Assembly (NCBI GenBank): GCA_003135135.1
Contig: PLDK01000003.1
Location: 1,492 to 65,491 of the forward strand
Reading direction: 5' to 3'
Source of the DNA: Deltaproteobacteria bacterium
Lineage (GTDB): Bacteria > Desulfobacterota > Binatia > Binatales > Binataceae
DNA length: 64,000 bases
The notes below the pieces were generated by a model. That model saw only the letters and a program-made list of their open reading frames with translations, searched no databases and had not been told where the DNA came from. How positions within the stretch are numbered: position 1 is the stretch's first letter; each line of letters starts with the position of its first letter. A program made the position numbers and the translations under genes. Shown here piece by piece: positions 19,199-29,133 of the stretch.

Positions 19199-21591
19199 AG
19201 CAGCCGCTCCGCATCCTGATCGTCGAGGACTCGCCGGACGATGCCGAGCTCGAGGTGCGGGCACTCCGGCGCGATGGCTGCGAGGTGACCTACCAGCGAG
19301 TGGATACGCCGGAAGCGATGCTGGCGGCGCTTGAAGGCGGCGGCTGGGATATGGTCATCGCCGACTACTCGATGCCTCACTTCAACGGGCTCGCCGCATT
19401 GAAGATGCTGCGCGACAGGGGACTCGACCTGCCGTTTGTCCTGGTCTCGGGGACGGTGGGCGAGGAGGTGGCCGTCGAGGCCATGAAGTGCGGCGCGGAT
19501 GACTACGTTTTAAAGACCAACCTGGCGCGGCTGCCGCTCGCCGTCGAGCGCGAGCTGCGCGACTATGAAGAGCGTATCGGGCGTAAGCGTGCGGAGGTCC
19601 GCTACCGCAGTCTCGTCGATCGCGTGCCGGTCGGATTGTACAGAATTTCTACCGAAGGAAATATTCTCGAGGCCAATCCGGCGATGGTCGAGATGCTGGG
19701 ATTCAAAGACGCCGAAAGTCTCAAACGCGCCAACATCGCGCAGCTGTGGCTGGACGCGGGGGAGCGCGCCCGGCTCGAGGCTATCATCGCAAAAGAAGGA
19801 GTGGTTCAGAACTTCGAAATGGGGATACGCCGGCCCGACGGCGGCGTCATCTGGTGCGAGCAGAGTGCGCGCGCTGTTTACGACGCAGCCGGCAAGGTCG
19901 AGCACTACGAGGGGGTGATGCTGGATACCACCAGCCGCAAGCGCGCCGGGGAAGAGGCCAATCGCGCGCGCGATGGAGTGCGTGACCTTGCGCTGGAAGC
20001 GGCCCGTCTGCGCTCGGAGTTCCTGGCCAGCATGAGCCACGAGATTCGGACCCCACTAGCCGGAATCATCGGGGCCGGAGAGCTGCTGTCGCTTTCCGAT
20101 TTGACTCCCGAGCAGCGCCGCCAAACTGAAATCATTCGGTCAAGCGGCGAGCTGCTGCTGACCACCGTCAACGACATACTCGACTTCTCGAAACTCGCAG
20201 CCGGCCGGGTCGTGCTGGAGAAACTTGACTTCGACCTTGTCGAACTGACGGAAAGTCTAATCGATTCTTTTGCAGTGGCTGCTCGCGGCAAAGGGATCGA
20301 GCTTGCTCTGTATGTGGACGTAAACATGCCAAGCGGTTTGCGAGGCGATCCGAGCAGGCTGCGCCAGATTCTCAACAACCTGGTGTCGAATGCGATCAAG
20401 TTCACCCACCAGGGAGAGGTGATGGTCCGCGCCAACAGAGTGGAAGACACGGCCGACGATGTGCTGGTGCGCTTCGAGGTGGCCGACACGGGAATTGGAA
20501 TTCCATTCGAGGCGCAGGGGCGCCTGTTTCAGCCGTTTGTTCAGGGGGAAAGCTCGACGAGCCGGCGCTTCGGCGGCACCGGACTCGGCCTCGTCATCGC
20601 GGCCAGGCTGACCGATCAAATGGGCGGCAAGATAGGATTTGAAAGCGCGCCCGGAAAAGGATCTAACTTTCATTTCACCGCGCGACTCGAGAAGGGATTG
20701 GAGATTGTTCGTCCGTGGATGACTGCGACAGCCACCTCATGCTTCAACGGGATACGCGCGCTGATCGTCAACGACAGTCCATCCAGTCGTCAAATCCTTT
20801 CCGAATACCTATCGTCGTGGGGAATTGAGAACGCGGCGGTCGGCAGCGGAGCCGAGGCCCTGGATATTTTGAAGCTGGCGCGGGCCGCTGACGAGAAGCA
20901 AATCGTTGCGCTGATCGATGAACAGATATCCGGCCTGAGCGCGCTCGGCCTCGCGCGTGCAATCAAGGAGCGCGCCGATATCAAACATAGCAAGGTGATC
21001 ATGCTTAGCGCGCAACGCGCTGTGCGCAATGCGACCGAAGTGGTGGATGCATGGATTACAAAGCCGGTGCGTCCGTCGCACTTGTTCAGCTGTCTCCTCG
21101 AGTTATGCAGAAATGCCGATGGCGTCAGCACCAGGACCATCGCGGCCCCGCCGCCGAGCCCGATTGACAACGTACCGCCGCAATGGCGCAAGGCGGTACG
21201 GGTGCTGTTGGTGGACGACAATCTGGTGAATCGAACCATCGGGGCGCAGCAGCTTTCCGTCCTCGGCTACACGGCGGAAATCGTCGATGGGGCGCGGCGA
21301 GGGTTGGAGTTCGTATCGTCCCGGCGCCCCGATATTGTCTTGATGGACTGCGAGATGCCCGAGATGGACGGCTACCAGGCGGTCGCGGAGATTAGGCGAC
21401 GCGAAGGAAATACTCGGCACACCGTGGTAGTCGCTCTTACTGCTCATGCGACGGAAGGCGATCGCGCCCGATGCCTCGACGCCGGGATGGACGATTATCT
21501 GAGCAAACCCGTAAAGCTGCAGTCGCTTGCAAAAATGCTGGACATCTGGGCAAGCGGCAAGCTCGACCACATCCTCCCTTCGGAGCAGTAG
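19195..21591 (+). CDS. hybrid histidine kinase (REC-PAS-HisKA-HATPase-REC-REC)
   Basis: N-terminal REC, PAS/PAC, SMSHEIRTPL, GGTGLGL and C-terminal LMDCEMPEMDG; GTG overlaps the upstream stop. Confidence 0.9.
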   Translation: MKQPLRILIVEDSPDDAELEVRALRRDGCEVTYQRVDTPEAMLAALEGGGWDMVIADYSMPHFNGLAALKMLRDRGLDLPFVLVSGTVGEEVAVEAMKCGADDYVLKTNLARLPLAVERELRDYEERIGRKRAEVRYRSLVDRVPVGLYRISTEGNILEANPAMVEMLGFKDAESLKRANIAQLWLDAGERARLEAIIAKEGVVQNFEMGIRRPDGGVIWCEQSARAVYDAAGKVEHYEGVMLDTTSRKRAGEEANRARDGVRDLALEAARLRSEFLASMSHEIRTPLAGIIGAGELLSLSDLTPEQRRQTEIIRSSGELLLTTVNDILDFSKLAAGRVVLEKLDFDLVELTESLIDSFAVAARGKGIELALYVDVNMPSGLRGDPSRLRQILNNLVSNAIKFTHQGEVMVRANRVEDTADDVLVRFEVADTGIGIPFEAQGRLFQPFVQGESSTSRRFGGTGLGLVIAARLTDQMGGKIGFESAPGKGSNFHFTARLEKGLEIVRPWMTATATSCFNGIRALIVNDSPSSRQILSEYLSSWGIENAAVGSGAEALDILKLARAADEKQIVALIDEQISGLSALGLARAIKERADIKHSKVIMLSAQRAVRNATEVVDAWITKPVRPSHLFSCLLELCRNADGVSTRTIAAPPPSPIDNVPPQWRKAVRVLLVDDNLVNRTIGAQQLSVLGYTAEIVDGARRGLEFVSSRRPDIVLMDCEMPEMDGYQAVAEIRRREGNTRHTVVVALTAHATEGDRARCLDAGMDDYLSKPVKLQSLAKMLDIWASGKLDHILPSEQ

Positions 21592-21667
21592 ATGACCGGA
21601 GAATGCCTGCGAGATGCTCGATAGGCGCGATGGACGAAGCGGGTGACGGCAGATAGAAGTAGCTATC

Positions 21668-22546
21668 ATGCCGCTTGAATCATCGATCGTGGGCAGCACG
21701 GGTGCGCCAATGGTCAGCGAGATCGATTCGCGCTGGACGATGGCCTATGCCGCCGCGCTTGGCGACGCGATGCCCTGCTACATGGACACCAATCGCGCAG
21801 TGATTGCGCATCCGATGTTTCCGGTCTGCTTCGAATGGCCGGTGCAGGTCGCGATGCGCACACAGTTCGAAAAATCCTCCACGCTCACGCGCGACGAGGC
21901 GATGCGCGCCGTGCACGCGACGCATGACACTGTCCTATATCGCCCGATTCTGCCCCCCGAGCGGCTGACGACGCAGCTCACGGTCGCGGGAGTCCAGCGG
22001 CTCACGCCCGGCGCATACATGGTCACGCGCCTCGATACGATCGATGGCGCAGGCAAGCCGGTTTGCACCAGCTGGTATGGCGCGCTTTATCGCGGAGTTG
22101 AGGTCAGGGGGCCTGATATTCCGCCGACCCATCCGCCAGCGCCGATGCAACCGATCGTCGAGGAAGGCGAGCCCCGTTCGGAGTGCCGGGTCGATGTGCC
22201 GGCGGGCATGGCGCACATCTACACGGAGTGCGCGCGAATCTTCAATCCTATTCACACTGACGCATCGGTAGCGCGCGCCGCCGGGCTGCCCTCGATCATC
22301 CTGCACGGCACCGCGACGCTCGCGATCGCAGTGTCACGAATAATCGAGAGTGAAGCGGGCAACGATCCTGCGCGAATTGAAAGAGTCGCGGGCCGCTTCG
22401 GCGCGATGGTGACGATGCCCTCGACGCTGACGGTGCGGGTGCTGGGGCGCGATGACAGCCCGGACAAGGTAGCCGTCTTCTTCGAGACGTTGAGCGGCGA
22501 AGGCGGGCGCGCGATCCGCGAGGGTCTGGTCGTGTTGCGCGCGTAG
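21668..22546 (+). CDS. MaoC-like double hot-dog dehydratase
   Basis: IFNPIHTD...AGLPSIILHG motif. Confidence 0.8.
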   Translation: MPLESSIVGSTGAPMVSEIDSRWTMAYAAALGDAMPCYMDTNRAVIAHPMFPVCFEWPVQVAMRTQFEKSSTLTRDEAMRAVHATHDTVLYRPILPPERLTTQLTVAGVQRLTPGAYMVTRLDTIDGAGKPVCTSWYGALYRGVEVRGPDIPPTHPPAPMQPIVEEGEPRSECRVDVPAGMAHIYTECARIFNPIHTDASVARAAGLPSIILHGTATLAIAVSRIIESEAGNDPARIERVAGRFGAMVTMPSTLTVRVLGRDDSPDKVAVFFETLSGEGGRAIREGLVVLRA

Positions 22547-22547
22547 T

Positions 22548-23804
22548 TCACGACGAGTCCCGCTCCTCAAACTGTTCGTCGGAGGGTTTGACGGCGCGGA
22601 ACTGAATCAGCAATGCGATGTCGTAAATTGTTTTGAGCGCGCCCGCGCAAATCAGCGGCCATCCAAACGACGAATGATTCAGCATCGCGCCCGCCGGCAA
22701 TGGCGCCAGCGCCGCCGCCAGGCTGCGCGGCACATTGGTCACTGTCGCCGCGGCCGCGCGCTCCTCGGGCGGCACCACCGCCATCACATACGACTGGCGC
22801 GCGGGAACGTCCATCTGAGAGGTCGAAAAGCGCAGCAGCAGAAATGCCATCGCCAGCCCCGGGGTCGGCATCAACGCCGCGATGATCAGCATGGCGTTCG
22901 ACGGCAGATGGCTGAACACCATCGTGTTGATTCGGCCGAACCGCGCCGCAAGCGCCGACGAAATAAACTGTGAAAACGAGCTAAGCAGTCCGGCCGCGAA
23001 AAAAAACGTGCCCGCCACTTGAACTGAGAGGTTGAAGCGGCGAAACAGCCACAGCGCCAGCAGTGACTGAATTACGAATCCGCCGCCGAGCGAGTCGAGA
23101 CTGAACAGCGCCGAAAGCCGCAGCACGATTGCCCGCGACTTCGCCAGCGGCGCGGACTTGGCGGGCTGGCGCTCGACTTCGATGGCCGGGGAGAGACGCC
23201 GATAAACCGCGAACGCAATCACCGCGATGATCGAGTATGCGACGAAGCCCGACCGCAGCGCCGGCGCGAGCGCCCATCCATGGCGCGCCGCGAGTATCGC
23301 CGGCACGCCACTGGCCAGCGCGCCAAACGCACCAGCCGTCGCGCCCGCAACGTTGTACAGCGCGAACATCGCGGTCAGATCGCCAGGCTCTGCGGCCTCG
23401 GCCAACGCCGCCTGCTCGACGGGCAGAAACAGGCTGACGTCGCCGGCCGATGGATTCAGCGTGCCGACGACCGCCACCACGAACAGCAGCCAGAAGCTCT
23501 CCGTGGTGGCGAATCCTATTCCCGTCGCCAGCATCAGCGCGCACGCCGCAAGCAGGACTCGACGCCGGCCCAGCCGATCGGTGGCCAGCCCCACCCATAG
23601 CGTTAACGCCGCCGAACCCAGCAGCGTGCCAAACACGATTGCGCCGACGCGGAGCGGATTGAAGCCGATCGCGGTCAGGTAGCTTGGCAACAATATGCTG
23701 ACTGCCCCGTCGGCAAGGCCGCGCAGCGCGCGTGTCGCCAGCAGCAGCTTGGCGTCAGTCGTAGCGCTGCGCGGGAACCATCGACTGATCGGACTCACCA
23801 TCAT
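22548..23804 (-). CDS. MFS transporter
   Basis: About 12 TM segments; DRLGRRR motif A. Confidence 0.85.
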   Translation of the reverse strand: MMVSPISRWFPRSATTDAKLLLATRALRGLADGAVSILLPSYLTAIGFNPLRVGAIVFGTLLGSAALTLWVGLATDRLGRRRVLLAACALMLATGIGFATTESFWLLFVVAVVGTLNPSAGDVSLFLPVEQAALAEAAEPGDLTAMFALYNVAGATAGAFGALASGVPAILAARHGWALAPALRSGFVAYSIIAVIAFAVYRRLSPAIEVERQPAKSAPLAKSRAIVLRLSALFSLDSLGGGFVIQSLLALWLFRRFNLSVQVAGTFFFAAGLLSSFSQFISSALAARFGRINTMVFSHLPSNAMLIIAALMPTPGLAMAFLLLRFSTSQMDVPARQSYVMAVVPPEERAAAATVTNVPRSLAAALAPLPAGAMLNHSSFGWPLICAGALKTIYDIALLIQFRAVKPSDEQFEERDSS

Positions 23805-23810
23805 CTGGCC

Positions 23811-23850
23811 AAAACCTAACCCCTAACCCCTTCCCAATCTGGGAAGAGGA
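23811..23850. repeat. REP-like CCCTAACCCC-TTCCC...GGGAAGAGG element
   Basis: Related sequences at 36157-36188 and 50932-50953. Confidence 0.4.
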
Positions 23851-23934
23851 ACAGTCGCATTGAGATGGTCTATAAGGCGCGCGCCGCCGAGGGAAGCCAA
23901 TAGCATAACGCTCTGTTCGCCGATCCGCTCGTTG

Positions 23935-23949
23935 TGGCATACTCTTGGC
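23935..23949 (+). promoter_or_regulatory. possible sigma54 promoter of the lasso operon
   Basis: TGGCATACTCTTGGC = GG-N10-GC, 55 bp before the pqqD ATG; the -12 box is imperfect. Confidence 0.35.
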
Positions 23950-24004
23950 CTCTGCGCGTGTTTTTGAGGAGCAATCGTCCACGGCCATTCGAAGGGAAAG
24001 CTCG

Positions 24005-24289
24005 ATGCGCGTCGAAATCAGCGATGGCGTCATATGGCGGGATCTCGGCGGCGACGTGGTCATCTTGAACGTCGAAACGGGCGTCTACTTCGGCCTCGAC
24101 GGCTCGGGTGGCCAGATATGGCGCGAACTCGTCGAACACGGTTCCATTGAGAAAACCTTCGCCTCGCTAAAGCAGCAGTTCGACGTCGAACCCGATGAGC
24201 TACGCCGCGACCTCGACGCTCTCATGAATCAACTTGTCGAAAAGAGACTCGTGCATCTGATCGCCGAACCTAAAGGTCGTTTGCGATGA
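24005..24289 (+). CDS. PqqD-family RiPP recognition element (lasso B1/RRE)
   Basis: VVILNVETGVYFGLDGSGGQIW...FDVEPDELRRDLDALMNQLVEKRLV is a typical PqqD/RRE pattern; 94 aa. Confidence 0.9.
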   Translation: MRVEISDGVIWRDLGGDVVILNVETGVYFGLDGSGGQIWRELVEHGSIEKTFASLKQQFDVEPDELRRDLDALMNQLVEKRLVHLIAEPKGRLR

Positions 24290-24335
24290 CGCCAAGGCTG
24301 GAGGCATCGGGCCGTCACCCCGGCGCTTCGATCTA

Positions 24336-26288
24336 ATGAGCGGCATCGCGGTCCTCTATCAATGGGACGGAGCTCCAGCGGACCGCTCGACTGTCGAGCG
24401 GATGATTGATGTCATCCCGTACCGCTCGGTTGACGGCTTCGGCGTATGGGGCAACGGCCCGGTCGCGATTGGGCATGCAAAGCTCCAGACGACGCCCGAA
24501 GCTTCGGCTGAGACCAGCCCGTTCGTGGACGAAACCAGCAGGCTCGTTCTATCGATGGACGGGCGGGTGGATAACCGCGACGAACTCACGGCGGAGTTGA
24601 ATTCGCATGGTCATCGTGTTCGCACGGGCACGGACGCCGAGATCGTGCTGCGCGCCTGGCAGTGCTGGGGTACCGAGGCGCCTGCGAGAGTCATAGGCGA
24701 TTTCGCGTTCGCCTTATGGGACCCATCGAAGCGGACGCTCTTCTGTGCCCGGGATCCTTTGGGAGTAAAAAGCTTCTACTACTTCAATGGCCCAGGATTC
24801 TTTCTGTGCGCCTCGGAGCTTCATCAACTGTTCCAGGATCCAAGGGTCGTACGAAGGCCGAACGAGCCTGCTATAGCCGAGATGCTGGTGAGGCTCCCGG
24901 TAGACCGCGAGGAGACACTCTTCGAAGGTGTCAGCCGCCTCGAGCCGGCGCATTATCTGAGCGTGAGCGCGCGTGGCGTGGAACGTCGGCGCTACTACGA
25001 TCTGGACGCCTCACGGGAGATTATCTATCGGAGCGACGACGAATACTCCGATCATTTTCTCTCGCTGTTCAAGGAGGTGATGCGATGCCACCTTCGCAGC
25101 AACAAGGGAGTCGCCTCGGACCTGAGTGGCGGGCTTGATTCATCATCGATTGTCTGTTTGACAGAACAACTACGCCACGACGGCGAAGTGCAACTTCCTA
25201 GTTTTGAAAGCTTCACGGTTCCCTTCGAGACCGGACCCGCAGCCGAGACTGAGTACGTCGAAGAGGTCTTACATAAGTATCCTCATCGCCATACCTATCT
25301 TCCTCCAGGAATGGCCCCGCTCGGCCAGCTCACTGCCCAGGTTGCGCACTATCTGGACTTTCCGGATTTTCCCAACTCTGGATGCACCGATTACACGCCG
25401 ATTCTTGGCAATCGTAACGACCTGAGAGTTCGGCTGACCGGACTGGGCGGCGACGAGTGGTTTTCCGGAACATACTTAGTATATGCAGACCTGGTCAGGC
25501 AGCTTCGCATGATGGCGCTGTTGCGCAGGCTGCGGATTGATCGAAATCCACCGGTCGGATTCGCGCCCTTTCCGGGCTATGCCAGGACCCTTTGGCGGTA
25601 TGGCGTTTTGCCCCTCGTGCCCGACGGCCTTAAGTCGGCGCTCAGGCCATGGCTGCGTCGTCCGCCTGAGCTTCACCCGCTGGTCGTGCCCGCGTTCGCG
25701 GCCAGGACGAAACTTTTGGAGCGCCTGTCCACGAGGCGGCCGTTGCCCCGGAGCCGCAGCTTCGCACAGCAGGATCTGTTCAGGTACTACTTTTCCGGAT
25801 TGCTCTCGTACTCCCTTGAGATGGATGCACGGTGGACCGCGGGCTTTCGACTGGAGGCACGGCATCCTTTCCTGGACCGCCGCATACTCGAGTTTGCCTT
25901 CGCCATACCTGATAACCAACGATTCAGGCCCGGCGTCAGCAAGTTCGTGTTGCGCAATTCGATGCGTGGAATCCTGCCGGAGCGGGTACGGCTGCGGTAT
26001 GATAAGACTCACCTGACAGAGTTATACCCAATGGCGCTAATCGCGCTCGGCGGCGAGCGGCTGTTCGATCGCCTCAACGTCGTCAAAAACGGATGGGTCG
26101 ACGGAGTCGTTGTGCGCAGGCTTTACCGCTCGATGGCTGAGGCGTTTTCTCGCCGCGATCCCTCTTACGCAGAGAATGTCTTCGAACTGTGGAACATCTT
26201 TGCGCTCGAACTCTGGCTCAACGTGGTGTTTCTCGGTATCAGTGAGCCTTTCAAGCACGTGGCCGAAACCACAGAAGCGGCTTGGTGA
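24336..26288 (+). CDS. lasso peptide cyclase (asparagine synthetase-like, C protein)
   Basis: DGRVDNR, GDFAFALWD, ARDPLG, LSGGLDSS, TGLGGDE and RHPFLD motifs. The N-terminus is MSGI rather than MCGI, so the glutaminase Cys1 is absent. Flanked by the RRE and precursor. Confidence 0.85.
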   Translation: MSGIAVLYQWDGAPADRSTVERMIDVIPYRSVDGFGVWGNGPVAIGHAKLQTTPEASAETSPFVDETSRLVLSMDGRVDNRDELTAELNSHGHRVRTGTDAEIVLRAWQCWGTEAPARVIGDFAFALWDPSKRTLFCARDPLGVKSFYYFNGPGFFLCASELHQLFQDPRVVRRPNEPAIAEMLVRLPVDREETLFEGVSRLEPAHYLSVSARGVERRRYYDLDASREIIYRSDDEYSDHFLSLFKEVMRCHLRSNKGVASDLSGGLDSSSIVCLTEQLRHDGEVQLPSFESFTVPFETGPAAETEYVEEVLHKYPHRHTYLPPGMAPLGQLTAQVAHYLDFPDFPNSGCTDYTPILGNRNDLRVRLTGLGGDEWFSGTYLVYADLVRQLRMMALLRRLRIDRNPPVGFAPFPGYARTLWRYGVLPLVPDGLKSALRPWLRRPPELHPLVVPAFAARTKLLERLSTRRPLPRSRSFAQQDLFRYYFSGLLSYSLEMDARWTAGFRLEARHPFLDRRILEFAFAIPDNQRFRPGVSKFVLRNSMRGILPERVRLRYDKTHLTELYPMALIALGGERLFDRLNVVKNGWVDGVVVRRLYRSMAEAFSRRDPSYAENVFELWNIFALELWLNVVFLGISEPFKHVAETTEAAW

Positions 26289-26364
26289 CCCTCATCGATG
26301 CGCTCTTCAAGCTGTAAACCCTGTCGCAATGCATGGCAGAGCGAACTGAAATGGAACGAGTAAA

Positions 26365-27507
26365 ATGTCTTTGATGCTGGATGAGCATCGCCTGTATCTT
26401 TCCGACCTGAACCGAACCTCATTGTTTCGACGGGCGATCAACGCCGTGGTTAAGCCGGGCGACCTCGTGCTCGACATCGGCTGCGGGACTGGGGTGCTTG
26501 GCCTGCTCGCGATGAAGGCCGGAGCCGCAAGGGTGTACCAGATTGACCAATCGCCCATGATCCAGGTCGCCGGCGACGTGGCATCTGCCAATGGTTACGG
26601 GCAAAGCACGATCGGGATTCACGAACGCTCCGGTCGTGCCAGGCTTCCCGAAAAGGCCGACGTCGTCGTTGCCGATCAGCTGAGCCACTTCGGAATTGGC
26701 GCCGGGATGCCCGAGGTATTCAACGACGCCCGCCGGCGTCTCCTCAAGCCGGGCGCCCGCGCGATCCCTCGACGCATCGAACTCTTCCTCGTCCCGGTGA
26801 ATTTTCCCGAGATGTGGGGCATCGCCGGCTTCTGGGAGAAAAGACATGCCGGGCTGAAGATGTCGCCGGCACGCAGCATTGCATTCAATACCGTTTACCC
26901 CAGCGAGAAGAGCCCGCGTCGGAGGCTGGGCAGACCCGCGCGGATGTTCAGCTTTGACCTTACGGACCTGACGCCGGAACGCTTCTCTGCCAAGGCTGCG
27001 ATCGAGGTTTCAGCGGCCGGCGTTATGCACGGTCTCAGCGGATGGTTCGTTGCCGAACTGGCGCCGGGCGTGATCATGACCAATTCGCCTTTTCGCAAAA
27101 GCCGAATCCAACGATCTGCGGTGTTTTTTCCGGTCGAGAAGCCTTTAGCGTTGAGCAAGGGGGATCGCCTGGATATCACGATGACTGCTATTACCGCGCA
27201 GAATCTCCTTAGCTGGAAGGTGGTGGTCTTCAATACTAAAGGTAGGGAAAAGGCACGATATGTTCATTCCACGCTCAATGGGATGTCGCTCATGCCTGGC
27301 GAATTGGCTAAGACCCGTCCGGACTTTGTGCCACACCTGTCGGATTGGGGCGTGGCGCGAAGGTCAGTGGTCAATCTGGCCGATGGAACACGCACACTGG
27401 CTGAAATAGAAAGGGAATTATTCCGAATTCATTCGGCTCTCTTCCCCTCATTGGCGGATGCAGCGGAATACGTCACCAAGGTTCTCATCGCCGACGCGAA
27501 CCCCTGA
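26365..27507 (+). CDS. SAM-dependent methyltransferase, PRMT-like fold, with a C-terminal wHTH/RRE-like tail
   Basis: D..R...F..AI, VLDIGCGTGVL, AGAARVY, EKADVVV, RRLLKPG and HGLSGWF...TNSP motifs resemble protein arginine methyltransferases; tail LADGTRTLAEI. Confidence 0.75.
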   Translation: MSLMLDEHRLYLSDLNRTSLFRRAINAVVKPGDLVLDIGCGTGVLGLLAMKAGAARVYQIDQSPMIQVAGDVASANGYGQSTIGIHERSGRARLPEKADVVVADQLSHFGIGAGMPEVFNDARRRLLKPGARAIPRRIELFLVPVNFPEMWGIAGFWEKRHAGLKMSPARSIAFNTVYPSEKSPRRRLGRPARMFSFDLTDLTPERFSAKAAIEVSAAGVMHGLSGWFVAELAPGVIMTNSPFRKSRIQRSAVFFPVEKPLALSKGDRLDITMTAITAQNLLSWKVVVFNTKGREKARYVHSTLNGMSLMPGELAKTRPDFVPHLSDWGVARRSVVNLADGTRTLAEIERELFRIHSALFPSLADAAEYVTKVLIADANP

Positions 27508-27698
27508 CCGACTTGACCTTGGTCGTCGTCTTTCATAATCTGAACCCGCGTTTTCGAACCAGGTAGCGCATCCGTATCTTGACCAGCTTCGGCGAATCAG
27601 GAAGGGTTATGCTGCTTGTAAGAAGCGCAAGTGTGCTATATAAAGAAACGTGACGTTTTGGTGCGAGGCGAGATGCAATTGGAGTTTGGGGATTGGAG

Positions 27699-27869
27699 AT
27701 GATTAAAAAAATTAAGACAGACGCGCAGAAGCCTCGGACGCAGAGCATCAAGAAACCTTATGTCCGTCCTCACCTCGTAGAGTACGGCAACGTGGCAAAG
27801 CTCACAGCTTCAGGCGGCACGGCTGCATCTGACGGGATATCCGGGCAACGCCAAATTATGATAGGCTAG
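27699..27869 (+). CDS. lasso peptide precursor (56 aa; core SGGTAASDGISGQRQIMIG)
   Basis: Missed by the ORF track. Hand translation: MIKKIKTDAQKPRTQSIKKPYVRPHLVEYGNVAKLTA|SGGTAASDGISGQRQIMIG. It has the leader motif YxxPxLxxYGxxxxLT with Thr(-2), and core Ser1 and Asp8. Confidence 0.9.
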   Translation: MIKKIKTDAQKPRTQSIKKPYVRPHLVEYGNVAKLTASGGTAASDGISGQRQIMIG

Positions 27870-27971
27870 CAGACCATCGGACTCCCCACCGAGGTTCTTG
27901 CGAGCTGATTCGCGTGGTCAAAATTACAGCCGGCTGCTACGCTTGGGGAAGAGACCGGGTACAATCCGTCG

Positions 27972-29021
27972 GTGGGGCAAATCGAACGGTCTCAACCGGA
28001 ACTTTTCTGGGCATCGCGCTCCGTCACCGACCTGAGCAAAACGAGAATCCCAGACTTTCATCAGCAAGCCTACGGGCTGCAAATCGTTACAGACCTTCCG
28101 CTTCCGGAGCTTCCGGCACTTCGAGTGTCGTCGGTAGGGTCGGCGGTTCGCGCGACTCTAGGCGGACGCTCTCAGCGCCTCCGCCTCAATCCCCGATGGT
28201 ACCTGCGTTCGCGGCTTCCAGGCGGCAGGATTTGGCTCCGCTGCGGCAAGACTCCGGCTGGTTACGTACTTTCCTTTGCTAACATAGCCGACTTTGTCAT
28301 TGACAGCTCCGGAAGCCAGGTAGTCTGCTGCAACGCGAGCAGCGACGTTAGTCTGGAGACCATCCGTCATCTCCTTATAGACCAGGTGCTCCCGCTGGTT
28401 GTAAACCTGCGCGGCCGGGAGGCCCTGCACGCTACTGCGGTCGCGACGCACAGGGGAGTTTGTGCATTCACGGGACCTGCAGGGTCGGGTAAGTCAACGC
28501 TCGCCGCGAGCTTCGTCCTATCTGGGTATCCGCTGGTCTGCGACGATTGCCTGGCGCTTTCCGAAGGCAAAGCGTTTATGGCGCTTCCCGGTTATCCGGG
28601 TTTGCGGCTGTGGCGCGATTCGATCCGGGCGCTTGGCGCAAGTTCACGGAATCTGAAGCCGGTCGCGCACTATACGACAAAATCGCGCTTAAAAAACCAC
28701 TCCCGACGCGCCGACTTCTGCTCGACAACACGCCGGCTCGCGCGCATCTATCTGCTCGAGCGCGCGCGATCGAGCAAACACTCAGCCCGCGTCGCGATCC
28801 AGGAGCTCGCTCCCGGCGAGGCGCTGATGGGGCTGGTCAAGGCGGCCTATAGGCTCGACATCACCGACCGTGCGATGCTGACGCGTCAGTTCCAGTTCCT
28901 CTCCCGCGTTGCCGAGCGCGTTCCGGTCAAACGTCTCATCGTGCCCAATGAATTTTCCGCACTCGCCGAGGTAAGAGCGGCGGTGCTGCACGACTTGAGC
29001 CACCGTCGGCCGCCCCGTTGA
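27972..29021 (+). CDS. HPr kinase-like P-loop kinase (lasso-associated)
   Basis: LHATAV, GPAGSGKSTLA and LVCDD motifs; the start is uncertain. Confidence 0.82.
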   Translation: MGQIERSQPELFWASRSVTDLSKTRIPDFHQQAYGLQIVTDLPLPELPALRVSSVGSAVRATLGGRSQRLRLNPRWYLRSRLPGGRIWLRCGKTPAGYVLSFANIADFVIDSSGSQVVCCNASSDVSLETIRHLLIDQVLPLVVNLRGREALHATAVATHRGVCAFTGPAGSGKSTLAASFVLSGYPLVCDDCLALSEGKAFMALPGYPGLRLWRDSIRALGASSRNLKPVAHYTTKSRLKNHSRRADFCSTTRRLARIYLLERARSSKHSARVAIQELAPGEALMGLVKAAYRLDITDRAMLTRQFQFLSRVAERVPVKRLIVPNEFSALAEVRAAVLHDLSHRRPPR

Positions 29022-29133
29022 GCGCTATACCAAGGCGATAGATGTCTCAGAAACGCGAAGCTCCGCGGGTCGCAGGACCCGCGGAGCCATCGCACAAACG
29101 ATCAAGACCTAAGCCTTAAATTCTCCATCCCGA

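Noticed and set aside
24336-26288. Housekeeping asparagine synthetase B
   Set aside because: The catalytic N-terminal Cys is replaced by Ser and the gene sits between an RRE and a lasso precursor, so a cyclase is the better reading.
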